Shown here: positions 9,020-19,401 of the stretch, piece by piece | Layout of the letters: the number at the start of each line of letters is the position of its first letter | How positions within the stretch are numbered: the first letter of the stretch is position 1 | From: an uncultured Gemmatimonadales bacterium | Lineage (GTDB): Bacteria > Gemmatimonadota > Gemmatimonadetes > Longimicrobiales > RSA9 | Length of the DNA: 64,000 nucleotides | Assembly (NCBI GenBank): GCA_963798085.1 | Contig: CAWCRS010000008.1 | Coordinates: 32,001 to 96,000 of the forward strand | Direction: 5' to 3' | Notes under the pieces: generated by a model | The model's database searches: none | Told to the model about the DNA's origin: nothing | The model's input: only the letters and a program-made list of their open reading frames with translations | Position numbers and translations under genes: made by a program

Positions 9020-11872
9020 ATGCCGGCACCCGGCACTCCCCAGTCACTTCCTCCAGCGGCGCCCATGGCCGGGCCACGCGCAAGTCGGGTGCTGGTCGGA
9101 CGCGCATTGCCGCGCATCATCCGCGTCGCCGTACTGTCCGTGCTCACCCTGGCGTCCAACTGCCCGTGCGAGGATGCATCCCAGCCGCCCACCACGGAGC
9201 GCCAGCTGGTGATCGTGAGCGGCGACGGACAGGAGGGCACGGCCAAGCTGCCTCTGCCGGCTGCGTTCGTCGTGCGCTTCGAGGAACGCACCGTGCAGGG
9301 CAGCAGCGCGTCCGCCTGGATGCCGGTCAGCGGAACTACCGTAAACTGGAGCGCGAGCTCGGGCACCCTCAGTTCGTCGAGTAGTACGACCGCGACGAAT
9401 GGGACCGCGCAGACGACGCTGACGCCCGGGACCAGCACGCTGGTGCCGGTAACGGTCACGGCGACCACCGGCAGCGTTCCGCCCTATGCGGTGGAATTCG
9501 ATGTCGATGTCACACCGGCCGACATTGTGAAAGTGCGCGGTGATGGCCAGCGTGGACGCCAGGGCACACGCCTGCCGGACTCACTCGTGGTTCAGGTGCT
9601 CTCGCATCAGGCACCAAGGATCCCGATGGCCAACGAGGTGCTGCACTGGACGGGTACGAACAGTGGCGAAGTCAGCCCCAATCCGGTTACTACCGACGCC
9701 CAGGGAATGGCCCGCGTGCAATGGACGCTGGGCAGCTCTGGAGAGAGCGCGCAGGCGCAGGCCGTGATGCTTGACTACTTCGGTTTTTCCGGCGCCACAT
9801 TCAGCGCGAGCGCCGACTACACGCGACTGGAACTGGCCGTCGTCTCAGGCAACAACCAGCACGCGCAACCGGGTCAACCGCTGCCGGACTCCGTCGTCGT
9901 GGAGTACAAGGCAACCGACGAAGCCACCGGCATTGTGCGGCCCGTTGCCAGCGCGACCATCGACTGGACGCCCTCCACGGTCGGCAATCCCGGTGCTGTG
10001 AATCCTGGCATCGCACAGCCCGCGCACAGTGTCACGGACGCGCAGGGCCGCGCCTGGACGCGTTGGACGCTGGCAGCAGCGGTGGGCGCGCAAGGACTCA
10101 ATATCCGCACGCCCGCTGTCGACACGGTCGCCCATGCGAGCACGTTCTTCGTCGCGGCAACGGCGACCGGTGATGCGCCGCCTGCGGGCACGCGCATCCT
10201 CAGCGTCACGCCTTCCACCAGCATGCAGATCGGTCTGCCAGCCGCAGCGCTGCCCATTCCGATTCGCGTCAAGTACGTGCAGATCGACGCGCAGGGGAGT
10301 TCCCAGCCGGTCGCGGGTGCCGCGCTGGCGTGGGCGGTGGCGAGTGGGGGCGGATCTGTGAGCCAGGCGTCGGCCATCACGGACGCACAGGGCAACGGTA
10401 CTGCAATCTGGACGATGGGCGCCGTCCCCGGGGCTGCAACGCTGCGCATCACCACACCGCCCGTGGGTAACTCGCCTGTCAGCGTGTTCGCGGATTCTGC
10501 TCTGGCGACGGCTGCGTTCCCGCACATCCTGCGCGTGGTGAGCGGTGACAACCAGACGGCCGCGCCGGGCGCAGCGCTCAGCGCGGACCTGGTGGTCGAG
10601 TACGTCGACGTGAATCCGGTCACGGGCGCTGCCACGCCGATTCCCGGAGTGACCGTCACCTGGTCCATAACAACGGGTCAGGGGTCGCTCAGCCCGCCCA
10701 CGTCGACTACGAATGCGCAGGGTCGCGCCACCAGCCGCTGGACGCTCGGCCCCGGCACCGGGACGCAGAGTGCCAGCGCCGCAGTGGCGGCAGTGGCGGC
10801 GGCCCCCGGCAGCATCTTCCAGGCTCCGTTCCTCGCCACCGCATCAACCGGCACTTCGACCGGGCCGCCACGCATCGCCTATGCTGTGGTCGGTTCGCCG
10901 CCCAATCCCGCGCTCATCGACACGCTCTCCTACAACTCCACGGGAGCGCCCATTACGGTGGCGCATCCGGCTGTGGGATCGTTCGCGGTCACGTTCCAGA
11001 ATCAGGCCTCGCTCGCCACCGACCGTGAGACCGTGCTGGTCAGCTCCTATGGCTCGGGATCGCCCTACTGCAAGCTTGCCTCGTGGACCACGGTCTCCGC
11101 CGATCTCGTGGCCAACGTGCTCTGCTTCGACATGGGCGGTTCAGTGGTCGATGCCGGTTTCTCCATCATGATGGCGAATTCGCTCGCGTTCCAGGGAAGG
11201 TACGCGTTCGCGTATGCCGACCAGCCCCTAATGGCGAGTTATATGCCGCCCGCGGGCCGCTCCTTCAATTCGCAGAACCAGCCGATCCAGATCCTGCGCC
11301 GCAGCGCGGGCGACTACACCGTGCAGTTCAGCGGCATACAGCGGGTTACGCCCGGCAGTCCGGAGGCGCTCATGGTGACGGCCATCGGCGCGGGGCCCGA
11401 CCACTGCAAGCTGCACGAATTCCTGAGCGGCGACACTGCGCGCGTGCTGTGCTGGGATGGCACGGGTCTCGAAGACGCGCCCAGTATTGACGCGCCGTTC
11501 GTGGTGGCGCTGCTCGAGAAAGCCAGGGCCGGCCAGCGCTTCGCTCTGGCGGCCGTCACCGCTTCGTCAATGCCCGGCACGCGCACGCTGCCGGCCGACT
11601 CCGCCTTCAGTTCCAGTGCAGGGAATCCGGGCGTGCAGGTCACGCGCACGATCACGGACGGTCGCAGCATCCTCCTGTTCCCCGGTCTGGGACGACCCAA
11701 CACGGCCAGCCGCGAGAACATCCAGGTGGTATCGATCCAGGACCAGGATGCATCGCAGTGCAAAGTGGTATCCTGGTCCACCGTGGGCAGCGATCTGAGC
11801 GTCGTAGTGCAATGTTACCACGAGGACGCGTCCATGGACGACCTCAGCTTCTATCTCATCGTCGTGCAGTAG
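9020..11872 (+). CDS. Large surface protein: ~5 Big_1-like Ig repeats plus three Cys-paired C-terminal repeats
   Basis: Repeated VSGD/NxQ...LP...VV...W...TDAQGxA..WTLG units; N-terminal hydrophobic stretch ending in C. Start may lie slightly downstream. Confidence 0.82.
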   Translation: MPAPGTPQSLPPAAPMAGPRASRVLVGRALPRIIRVAVLSVLTLASNCPCEDASQPPTTERQLVIVSGDGQEGTAKLPLPAAFVVRFEERTVQGSSASAWMPVSGTTVNWSASSGTLSSSSSTTATNGTAQTTLTPGTSTLVPVTVTATTGSVPPYAVEFDVDVTPADIVKVRGDGQRGRQGTRLPDSLVVQVLSHQAPRIPMANEVLHWTGTNSGEVSPNPVTTDAQGMARVQWTLGSSGESAQAQAVMLDYFGFSGATFSASADYTRLELAVVSGNNQHAQPGQPLPDSVVVEYKATDEATGIVRPVASATIDWTPSTVGNPGAVNPGIAQPAHSVTDAQGRAWTRWTLAAAVGAQGLNIRTPAVDTVAHASTFFVAATATGDAPPAGTRILSVTPSTSMQIGLPAAALPIPIRVKYVQIDAQGSSQPVAGAALAWAVASGGGSVSQASAITDAQGNGTAIWTMGAVPGAATLRITTPPVGNSPVSVFADSALATAAFPHILRVVSGDNQTAAPGAALSADLVVEYVDVNPVTGAATPIPGVTVTWSITTGQGSLSPPTSTTNAQGRATSRWTLGPGTGTQSASAAVAAVAAAPGSIFQAPFLATASTGTSTGPPRIAYAVVGSPPNPALIDTLSYNSTGAPITVAHPAVGSFAVTFQNQASLATDRETVLVSSYGSGSPYCKLASWTTVSADLVANVLCFDMGGSVVDAGFSIMMANSLAFQGRYAFAYADQPLMASYMPPAGRSFNSQNQPIQILRRSAGDYTVQFSGIQRVTPGSPEALMVTAIGAGPDHCKLHEFLSGDTARVLCWDGTGLEDAPSIDAPFVVALLEKARAGQRFALAAVTASSMPGTRTLPADSAFSSSAGNPGVQVTRTITDGRSILLFPGLGRPNTASRENIQVVSIQDQDASQCKVVSWSTVGSDLSVVVQCYHEDASMDDLSFYLIVVQ

Positions 11873-11920
11873 CACGCGACGGTCTCGCGTTCACTATCCG
11901 ATTCGCAAGGAGCCATCCCG

Positions 11921-13753
11921 ATGATGCCGCTGTGCCGTCTTGCGTTCGCCTTGCTCCTGCCCATGTCGTTCACCGCGGCGGGCGCACAGGCGCAGCGCCC
12001 GCCGTCCGCTGCCCGCATCGTCGTCGGCCCGAACGTGCTGGTCAGCCGCGATGGCGACATGGCGCACGTCGAGCTGATCGTGGCGGCGAATCCGCGCGAT
12101 GCGCGCAATCTGCTGGGCGGCGCGATCACCGCGAGCCGGCCCAATGGCGGCACGGCCACCAAGACATACGCCTCCATGGATGGCGGGCAGAGCTGGATCA
12201 ATGCGCGCTTCGACGAACAGATGCGCTACGGCGGCGGCGACCCGCAGGTACTCTTCACACCGCAGGGAACCGCGCTGTTCGCAACCCTCGCCATGACGCC
12301 CGACGAGAATGGCCGCACGCGCGGCGGCATGCACGTCTATCGCTCCGAAGATGGCGGCCGCACCTGGGGCCGCCCCGCCGACCTGCACTGGTCCTGGGAT
12401 CATCCGCAGATCAGCGTGGACCGGACCGCCGGCCGCTACGCCGGCCGCGTCTACATTGGCGTGCTCTACGGCTACCCGGTCTATCGCGTGGGCATTTTCC
12501 GCTCGGAAGACGATGGCCGCACGTTCATCGGACCTGTGGAAGCGGTGAATGGAGCGGGCAAACTCGGCATCAACGTCGTCAACACGATGGTGCTGAGCGA
12601 TGGCATGCTGGTAGTGCCGTACATCGACTTCGACTTCCATCCCGACCGGCCGGCGCAGGACAGCAGCGGACTCTGGCTCGTGACCTCGGTCAATGGTGCG
12701 CTGACATTCACGCAGCCCGTGCACATCGCGCAGCGGCGCGTGAACCGGGACATTGCAGTGAACACGTTCCCTGCGCTCGCCGCAGACAGCCGTTCTGCGA
12801 AGTATCGCGACCAGCTCTACGCGGTGTGGCCGGACATCAGCACGGGCACGCCGCGTATCGTGTTCACGCGCTCGACGGATCGCGGCCGCAGCTGGAGCGC
12901 GCCGCACCCGATCGACGCCGCCTCGCCTGCTGCCGCGTGGCAGTTCCAGCCCGTGATCGCCGTGAACGACTCGGGCGTTGTCGCGGTCACGTGGTTCGAC
13001 TCGCGCGACACGGGTGACTCGCGACACTACCACGAGTACTTCACGGCGTCGCTGGATGGCGGCGCCAGCTGGCTGCCGCCGGTCCGCGTGTCGACCGCGC
13101 CGTCCGATCGCTACGGTGCGGGCAACGTGCGCTTCACCCCATCCGCGTTCCGCAGCACACCGGACTCGATGCGCATCGCGTTCCTCTCGCCGGCCGCACG
13201 CTGGGGTGATGGCGGCGATTACATGGGTCTCGTGGCCGATACGCGCGGCGTCTTCCACCCGTTCTGGGCCGACAGCCGCACGGGCACGTTCCAGATCATG
13301 ACCGCGAGTGTCAGTGTGGAGACGTCACCTGCAGCCGCAATGCCCGATGTCGCGCGCCGGGCGCCGGCCACGATTACGGGCGCAATCGACGTGATCTTCA
13401 ATGCCACGCGCTACAATGGCGATGCGAAGGTCGCGAGCCTGCCCGTGCGTCTCAGGAATACGTCCGACCGCGTGCTGTACGGGCCGATCCAGCTGGTGAT
13501 ACGCGGCTTCGGCAGCGGTCAGGGCAGTGAGCAGCAGGACATGGCGCCGGCAATATTGAATGCGACGAACGGGAAGCAGGGTATCGGCGCGATCTTCGAC
13601 TTCACGGATGCGCTGGGTACGTTGCGCATGCTGGCGCCCGGCGCGCAGACGGGCCCGGTCGAGATCCGCGTGCGTGTGAAGGATCCGCTCAATGTGCCCG
13701 ACCTGCACATCGAAGTGACCGGCGTGAGCGGCGGCGTCAGTCCGTCAGACTGA
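11921..13753 (+). CDS. Secreted BNR/Asp-box (sialidase-like) beta-propeller protein with C-terminal beta-sandwich
   Basis: Signal peptide, RBS AAGGAG; six Asp-boxes (SMDGGQSW, SEDGGRTW, SEDDGRTF, SVNGALTF, STDRGRSW, SLDGGASW); GDY motif. Confidence 0.85.
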   Translation: MMPLCRLAFALLLPMSFTAAGAQAQRPPSAARIVVGPNVLVSRDGDMAHVELIVAANPRDARNLLGGAITASRPNGGTATKTYASMDGGQSWINARFDEQMRYGGGDPQVLFTPQGTALFATLAMTPDENGRTRGGMHVYRSEDGGRTWGRPADLHWSWDHPQISVDRTAGRYAGRVYIGVLYGYPVYRVGIFRSEDDGRTFIGPVEAVNGAGKLGINVVNTMVLSDGMLVVPYIDFDFHPDRPAQDSSGLWLVTSVNGALTFTQPVHIAQRRVNRDIAVNTFPALAADSRSAKYRDQLYAVWPDISTGTPRIVFTRSTDRGRSWSAPHPIDAASPAAAWQFQPVIAVNDSGVVAVTWFDSRDTGDSRHYHEYFTASLDGGASWLPPVRVSTAPSDRYGAGNVRFTPSAFRSTPDSMRIAFLSPAARWGDGGDYMGLVADTRGVFHPFWADSRTGTFQIMTASVSVETSPAAAMPDVARRAPATITGAIDVIFNATRYNGDAKVASLPVRLRNTSDRVLYGPIQLVIRGFGSGQGSEQQDMAPAILNATNGKQGIGAIFDFTDALGTLRMLAPGAQTGPVEIRVRVKDPLNVPDLHIEVTGVSGGVSPSD

Positions 13754-14738
13754 CCGGCGAACCCTTCTGTCTCGCCGAGCGGTACAGCGCGTCGATGACA
13801 CGCATGTTCTGCGCGGCCTCCGCGGCCGGATAACGCACCGGGCGGTCGTGCAGCACGCAGTCCGCGAAATGCTCGACCATCAGCTGGTACTCGTCCGCGC
13901 CCGAGACCTTGTGCAGCGCTGGCTCGGTGCGGCCACGCTGCTCCTGGATCGAGACTTCGCCCGTGCCCGGCAGGAACGCGGACAGCACGGTGAACTGCGC
14001 TTCCGTGCCCGCGACCTCGTACCACTCCCGCCGGTCCAGCGTCAGCGCGCAGTCGAACTGCGCCACCAGTCCGCCGGGGAAGAGGAGCGTGCCCGCGAGC
14101 TGCTCGTCCACACCACTCGCGCCCCAGCGCGCCAGTGCCTGCACCTCGAGCGGCTCCTCTCCCGCCACGGTGCGGCTGAGGTTGACGCAGTAGCAGCCCA
14201 CATCCATGAGTGCGCCGCCGCCCAGCTCCGGCCGTAACCGAATGTTATCCGGTCGTGTGAGGCGGAAGGTGAATGCGCTGCGCACGACACGAGCCTCGCC
14301 CAGCTGGCCGGCTCGCACACGCTCGACCAGCTCGACCGTGCGCGGGTGGAAGCGGTACATGAACGCCTCCATCAGCTTCACGCCGTGCTGCTGCGCGGCC
14401 GCGTCCATGACCTGACATTCGGCTTCGTCCAGGCCGAGCGGCTTCTCGCACAGCACATGCTTGCCCGCCTCGGCCGCGCGCACCGTCCACTCGCAGTGCA
14501 TGCTGTTGGGCAGCGGGATGTAGACCGCGTCAATGGCGTCATCCTCGAGCAGCGCGTGGTAGCTGCCGTAGTGCCGCGGAATCTCCCAGCGGGCGGCGAA
14601 CTCGCGGGCCTTCCGCTCATCACGGCTGGCCACGCCCACCAGCTCGCTGTTGCCTGCCGCGCGGATCGCAGGATTCACGGCCGCCCGGCCAATGTTGGCC
14701 GTACTGATGACGCCCCAGCGCAGCTTCCTCTCAAGCAC
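13737..14738 (-). CDS. Gfo/Idh/MocA oxidoreductase (xylose-dehydrogenase/GFOR-like)
   Basis: LRWGVISTANIG, YIPLPN..H, CEKP, GGGALMDVGCY. Confidence 0.92.
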   Translation of the reverse strand: MLERKLRWGVISTANIGRAAVNPAIRAAGNSELVGVASRDERKAREFAARWEIPRHYGSYHALLEDDAIDAVYIPLPNSMHCEWTVRAAEAGKHVLCEKPLGLDEAECQVMDAAAQQHGVKLMEAFMYRFHPRTVELVERVRAGQLGEARVVRSAFTFRLTRPDNIRLRPELGGGALMDVGCYCVNLSRTVAGEEPLEVQALARWGASGVDEQLAGTLLFPGGLVAQFDCALTLDRREWYEVAGTEAQFTVLSAFLPGTGEVSIQEQRGRTEPALHKVSGADEYQLMVEHFADCVLHDRPVRYPAAEAAQNMRVIDALYRSARQKGSPVSLTD

Positions 14739-15927
14739 CCGGCGCCTCCTGGCGCAATGTCGCGTTATCCAGTGCCGCGGCCAGCGGCAGATCCACCCAG
14801 CGCCGCTCGCGGTGCGAGAGCGTCACGGCATTGATGATCTCCTGCACGCGCGCGCTCTGCGCGAAGTTGCCCTGATTCCTTTCGCCGCCATCCAGGATCT
14901 CGCGGCAGAAGTCGTGCACGAGGTTCCCGTAGAACGCGGAACTCCAGGCGTCGCCTGCAGTGTATCCCGGCGGAAAATAGCGCGGGGGAATCTCCTGCTC
15001 GACGAACTCCACCGCGTCCGGCGTTGCCGTGTGCAGCGTCTGGATGACGCCGAACTCCTCGACCAGCCGCGCGCGCAGCGCGCCCGCCGAGCCGAAGATC
15101 CTCGCCTCGATGCCCGGATAGTTGCCCACCGTCACGTAGCTGGACTGCATGGAGAACAGCGCACCGGTTGCCGTCTCCGCGATGAACATGTCGGCATCAT
15201 CAATGTTGATGCGCTCGCGCTGCGTGTCCAGGTTCGTGCGCCGGCGGAACGGCACCATGTTGGCAAGAATGCCGACGACACGCGTGAGATCGCTGCCCAC
15301 GCACTCGAGACCGATGTCGATCGTGGGTGCGCCGTAGCCCTCCAGCGATGAGACGGCAATGCCCTCGCGCGTGGGATCGCTGCCCCAGTCCGGCTCGTGC
15401 GCCGGCTGCGCGCGGTGCACGCGCTTGTCCATGGGATTGTCCGGGTCCAGCCACTGCGAGTTCTGCTCGTAGCCGTTGAAAACAAACGGCTGGCCAATGA
15501 AGCCGTCGCGGATCAGGTCGAACATGTACATCACCGCGGGGGCGTAACGGAATGTCAGGCCGACCTTCGTCTTGAGGCCTTTCGCCTGCGCCAGCGCGTG
15601 CGCCCGCCAGACATCGCGATAGTCGTGGCAGACGGGTTTCTCGACCAGGCAGTGGAAGCCGGCTTGCAGCACGTCGAACACCAGGTCCTGGTGGTCGCCA
15701 CGCGTGACGATGTCCACGAGGTCAATGTCGCGGCGCGCGAGCACCTTCTCGTAGTCGGTCGCCACCTCCGCCGCGCCGAACTGCCGCGCCCGCGACTCCG
15801 CCAGCTCGCGATCGAGGTCGCAGACCACGACCAGATCCGCCAGCGGCGAGCGCTGGAAGCCGGGCAGGTGCGCGGCCGCCGCCCAGCGGCCCGCGCCGAT
15901 CACCGCAACACGAAGTTTTTCTTTCAT
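14731..15927 (-). CDS. Gfo/Idh/MocA oxidoreductase with atypical catalytic region
   Basis: MKEKLRVAVIGAGRWA (ATG 15927), VEKP motif. Confidence 0.88.
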   Translation of the reverse strand: MKEKLRVAVIGAGRWAAAAHLPGFQRSPLADLVVVCDLDRELAESRARQFGAAEVATDYEKVLARRDIDLVDIVTRGDHQDLVFDVLQAGFHCLVEKPVCHDYRDVWRAHALAQAKGLKTKVGLTFRYAPAVMYMFDLIRDGFIGQPFVFNGYEQNSQWLDPDNPMDKRVHRAQPAHEPDWGSDPTREGIAVSSLEGYGAPTIDIGLECVGSDLTRVVGILANMVPFRRRTNLDTQRERINIDDADMFIAETATGALFSMQSSYVTVGNYPGIEARIFGSAGALRARLVEEFGVIQTLHTATPDAVEFVEQEIPPRYFPPGYTAGDAWSSAFYGNLVHDFCREILDGGERNQGNFAQSARVQEIINAVTLSHRERRWVDLPLAAALDNATLRQEAPGA

Positions 15928-15929
15928 CC

Positions 15930-16826
15930 TCAGCCTGCTTTCGGGTCCAGCGCGTCCTGCAGACCGTCGCCAATGAAGTTGATGGCCAGCACCACGAGCA
16001 GAATGGAGAGGCCCGGGAATATGGTGAGCCAGGGCTGCGTCGCCATGTTGGCCTGCGCGTCCTGCAGCATGTTGCCCCACGTCGGCGTGGGCGGCTGCAC
16101 GCCCAGCCCCAGGAAACTGAGCGACGATTCCAGCACAATGGCATTGCCCACGGCCAGCGTGGCGCCCACCACGATCGGGCCCAGTGCGCCCGGCAGCAGG
16201 TGCCGCAGAATGATGCGCGGGTTGCTGAAGCCCAGGCTGCGCGCCGCCTCAATGTACGGCAGCTCGCGCAGCGTCAGCACCTCGCCCCGCACCACCCTCG
16301 CCGTCGCCATCCAGCTGAGCAGACCGATGATGACGGCCATGGACGCAACCGCCGCGTGCGACCACGCCGTCAGCACGATGAGCAGTGGCAGTGTGGGTAT
16401 CGACCACGCCACGTCGGTGGCGCGCATCAGCAGGTTATCAATGCGGCCGCCGTAGTAGCCGGCCACGCTGCCCACCGCTGCGCCCACGCCGGTTCCCACC
16501 ACGGCCGCCAGCAGGCCGATCAGGATGGACACACGCCCGCCGTACAACACGCGTGTCAGCAGATCGCGGCCCAGGTCGTCGGTCCCCATCCAGTGTGCAG
16601 GCGAGGGCGGCTGGCGGATGTGCGCCAGGTCGATGGCCTCGAAACCGCGCGGCGCCAGCAGCGGCGCAGCCACGCACAGCAGTGCGACCACCCCGACCAG
16701 CGCCACCGATGCCAGTGCCAGCCGGTGCCGGCGCAACCGCCGCCAGACCCGGCCGCCCGGCGCTTCCGCAGAGGCAATCGCAGCAGGCGAGAAATTGCCG
16801 GGCTGCACGTCGCGCGGTTCACTCAT
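15930..16826 (-). CDS. Peptide/nickel ABC transporter permease (DppC/OppC-like)
   Basis: HWMGTDDLGRD, EAA loop (YIEAARSLG), LSFLGLG. Confidence 0.93.
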   Translation of the reverse strand: MSEPRDVQPGNFSPAAIASAEAPGGRVWRRLRRHRLALASVALVGVVALLCVAAPLLAPRGFEAIDLAHIRQPPSPAHWMGTDDLGRDLLTRVLYGGRVSILIGLLAAVVGTGVGAAVGSVAGYYGGRIDNLLMRATDVAWSIPTLPLLIVLTAWSHAAVASMAVIIGLLSWMATARVVRGEVLTLRELPYIEAARSLGFSNPRIILRHLLPGALGPIVVGATLAVGNAIVLESSLSFLGLGVQPPTPTWGNMLQDAQANMATQPWLTIFPGLSILLVVLAINFIGDGLQDALDPKAG

Positions 16827-17775
16827 AGCGGATGCGCGGGTCGAGCACGCCGTACATCGCGTCGGCCAGCAGGTTGAAGACCACGACCATCACGGAGCCG
16901 AGCAGCAGGATGCCCATCAGCAGGGGATAATCGCGCCCGAACATCGCCTGCACGAACATGCGCCCGATGCCGGGCCACGCGAAGATGGTCTCCACCAGCA
17001 CGGCACCCGAGAACAGGTCTGCCAGGTTGAGCGCCATGATGGAGACCAGCGGAATGAGGGCATTGCGCAGCGCGTGCCGTCCGATAACAGCGCGTTCCGG
17101 CAGCCCCTTGGCGCGTGCCGTGCGCACGTAGTCCGCGCGCAGCTCGCGCAGCAGCGTGCTGCGCAGGTAGCGTGACCAGCCCGCGATGTAGCGCGTGGAC
17201 AGGACGAGCGCGGGCAGCACGAGGTGGGCAAGGTGATCCGACAGGGAAGCGTCGCCTATGGTCTTCGTGCCGGAGACGGGAAGCCAGCCCAGCCGCACCG
17301 CGAACACCAGCTGCAGGATCAGCGCGAACCAGAACACGGGCATGGCAATGCCGGCGAAGGAGAGCCCGGTCGTCACGTAGTCGAGCAGGCTGTACTGGCG
17401 TACCGCGCTGAAGATGCCGAGCGCCACGGCCGCCAGTGCGGCCAGCAGGAAGGCGCTGCCCATCAGCTCGAGCGTGGCCGGCAGCCGCTCCAGGATCATG
17501 CGCGACACGGGCCGCGTGCTGGCAAAGCTGATGCCCAGGTCGCCGTGCAGCAGCGCGCCCAGCCAGCGCACGTACTGCACGGGCACGGGCCGGTCCACAC
17601 CCAGGCGGTGGCGATAACTCTCGATTACGGACGGGTCCATGAAGCGGCCCGACTCGAGCAGCGCGCCCTCCGGCCCGCCCGGCGCCAGCTGGATCACGGT
17701 GAACAGCACGATCGTGATCCCGAACAGCAGCGGGATCATTTGCAGCAGGCGCCGCCGCAGCCAGACACCGCTCAC
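16819..17775 (-). CDS. Peptide/nickel ABC transporter permease (DppB/OppB-like)
   Basis: GTG start overlaps the upstream TGA (GTGA); RRLLQMIP, GDLGIS, DYVRTARAKGL, ETIFAWPGIG, DPRIRY. Confidence 0.92.
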   Translation of the reverse strand: MSGVWLRRRLLQMIPLLFGITIVLFTVIQLAPGGPEGALLESGRFMDPSVIESYRHRLGVDRPVPVQYVRWLGALLHGDLGISFASTRPVSRMILERLPATLELMGSAFLLAALAAVALGIFSAVRQYSLLDYVTTGLSFAGIAMPVFWFALILQLVFAVRLGWLPVSGTKTIGDASLSDHLAHLVLPALVLSTRYIAGWSRYLRSTLLRELRADYVRTARAKGLPERAVIGRHALRNALIPLVSIMALNLADLFSGAVLVETIFAWPGIGRMFVQAMFGRDYPLLMGILLLGSVMVVVFNLLADAMYGVLDPRIRYE

Positions 17776-19401
17776 TGCAGCGTCCATTGCCAGAGGTTCC
17801 AGAAGCTGCCGAAGTTGGTGCCGCTGCCGCGATAGTTGCCCACGCGGGTGCTCACGACTTCCGGATTGACGTTGTAGTAGAGCGGCAGCGACACGGCGGC
17901 TTCGGCCAGACGCACCTGCGCTGCATCCAGCAGCGGCTTGCGCTTCGCGAAGGAAAGGCTGCGATCGGAGGCGACCAGCAGGCTGTCCAGACGGCGCATC
18001 ACACAGGCCCGTCATGTTGTTGGGCCCGTTGCAGGCATAGATGCTGGTGAGACTGGGATCGGCCGCCAGGAACCAGGCACTGACCATCGCTTCCCAGCGG
18101 CCGCTGCGCCAGCGCTGCGTCCACGCGGCGCTCTCCAGTGTCTCGAACGTGACCGCCACACCAATGTCGCGCAGCTGCGCCTGAATGACCTGCGCCACCG
18201 CAATGCGATCCGCGGTGCCCGCGCGATTCAGCATGACGAAAGCGAAGCGCGCGCCAGCCTTCACACGCACACCATCGGGCCCCGCCCGCCAGCCCGCTGC
18301 ATCGAGCATGCGCCTCGCCAGTGCGGGGTCATAGTCGTAATGCGGAACGCCCGCGTCGTGCCACGGGCTGTCCGGATTGATGGGCGTGTCCGCAATGGTC
18401 ACGCGACCCTGCATCAGCTGCGCCGCAATCGCCCGCCGGTCGATGGCGTGGAACAGCGCCTTGCGAACATTCACGTCAGCAAAAAGCGCTCGCCCGTGCG
18501 GCGTCTGTACGTTGATGTCGAAGTGCAGGAACGTGTTCGAGCTGATCAGGTGCGTCTGGTAGCCTGCCAGCTTCGTCACCGCGTCCACCTGCAGCGGCAG
18601 GATGCGCGCGAAATGGTACTGCCCGGCACGCATGGCATTCAGTCGCGTGTTGGCGTCCGGGATGAATGCCCACACGATTTCGTCGATCGCCGGATACTGC
18701 GGCCCCCGCCAGTAGTCCGGATTGCGCACCACGCGGATGTATTCGCCCGCCTTCCACTCCGCGAACCGGAACGGACCGGTGCCGATGGTCGCGGGCCCGC
18801 GATTGTACGGCGTGTAGTTCACGATCTGCTGCGTGGTCATGCCGCCCAGCACATGCTCCGGCAGGATGGCCTCGAACAGGCCCGCGTAGTAGCCGTATTC
18901 GCCATTCCAGTGGAACACCGCGGTGTGCTCGTCCGGCGTGCTGCAGCCGATGATGCCGAGATACTCGTCACGGTTGTACGTCTCCGAGTTCTCGCTGGTC
19001 ACGAATTTCCACGTGAAGCAGACGTCCCTGCTCGTGAACGCGACGCTGTCGTGCCAGCGCACGTTCTCCCGCAGCCGCCACGTCATGTCCACGGTGCCGT
19101 CGCGATTGTGCCTGATGAGCCCGTTCTGCTCGGTGGGGATCTCCTCCGCCAGCACGGGCACGAACTGATTGTGCTCGTCCGTTGTGACCAGGCCTTCAAT
19201 CATGCTGAACGAGATGTCGACCAGGTTCTGGCTGGTGAACGGATTCAGCACGTCGATCTCGCGCTCGTAGGCAACGCGCAGGATGCGGCGCCCGGGTGCA
19301 ACGGCAGCCATCGCTGCGTCGCCGGAGGAGGCCGCACGATCGCCGCCCCCGCACGCGGCGAGCAGCACGCACGCCAGAATGCACACGGCGCGAAGCCTCA
19401 T
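17772..19401 (-). CDS. ABC substrate-binding lipoprotein, family 5 (DppA/OppA-like); +1 frameshift near 17994
   Basis: Lipobox LAAC, WHDSVAFTSRDV, GTGPF. The true C-terminus (LDSLL...LPLYY...WNLWQW) is in ORF 17772..18002. Confidence 0.9.

Noticed and set aside
11921..13753. True sialidase
   Set aside because: Only Asp-boxes are visible; I did not find a (F/Y)RIP motif or a clear Arg triad.
16819..19401. Apparent 860-aa fusion of substrate-binding protein and permease
   Set aside because: One extra C near 17994 shifts the frame. The normal binding-protein C-terminus is in ORF 17772..18002, and the permease has its own GTG overlapping that stop.
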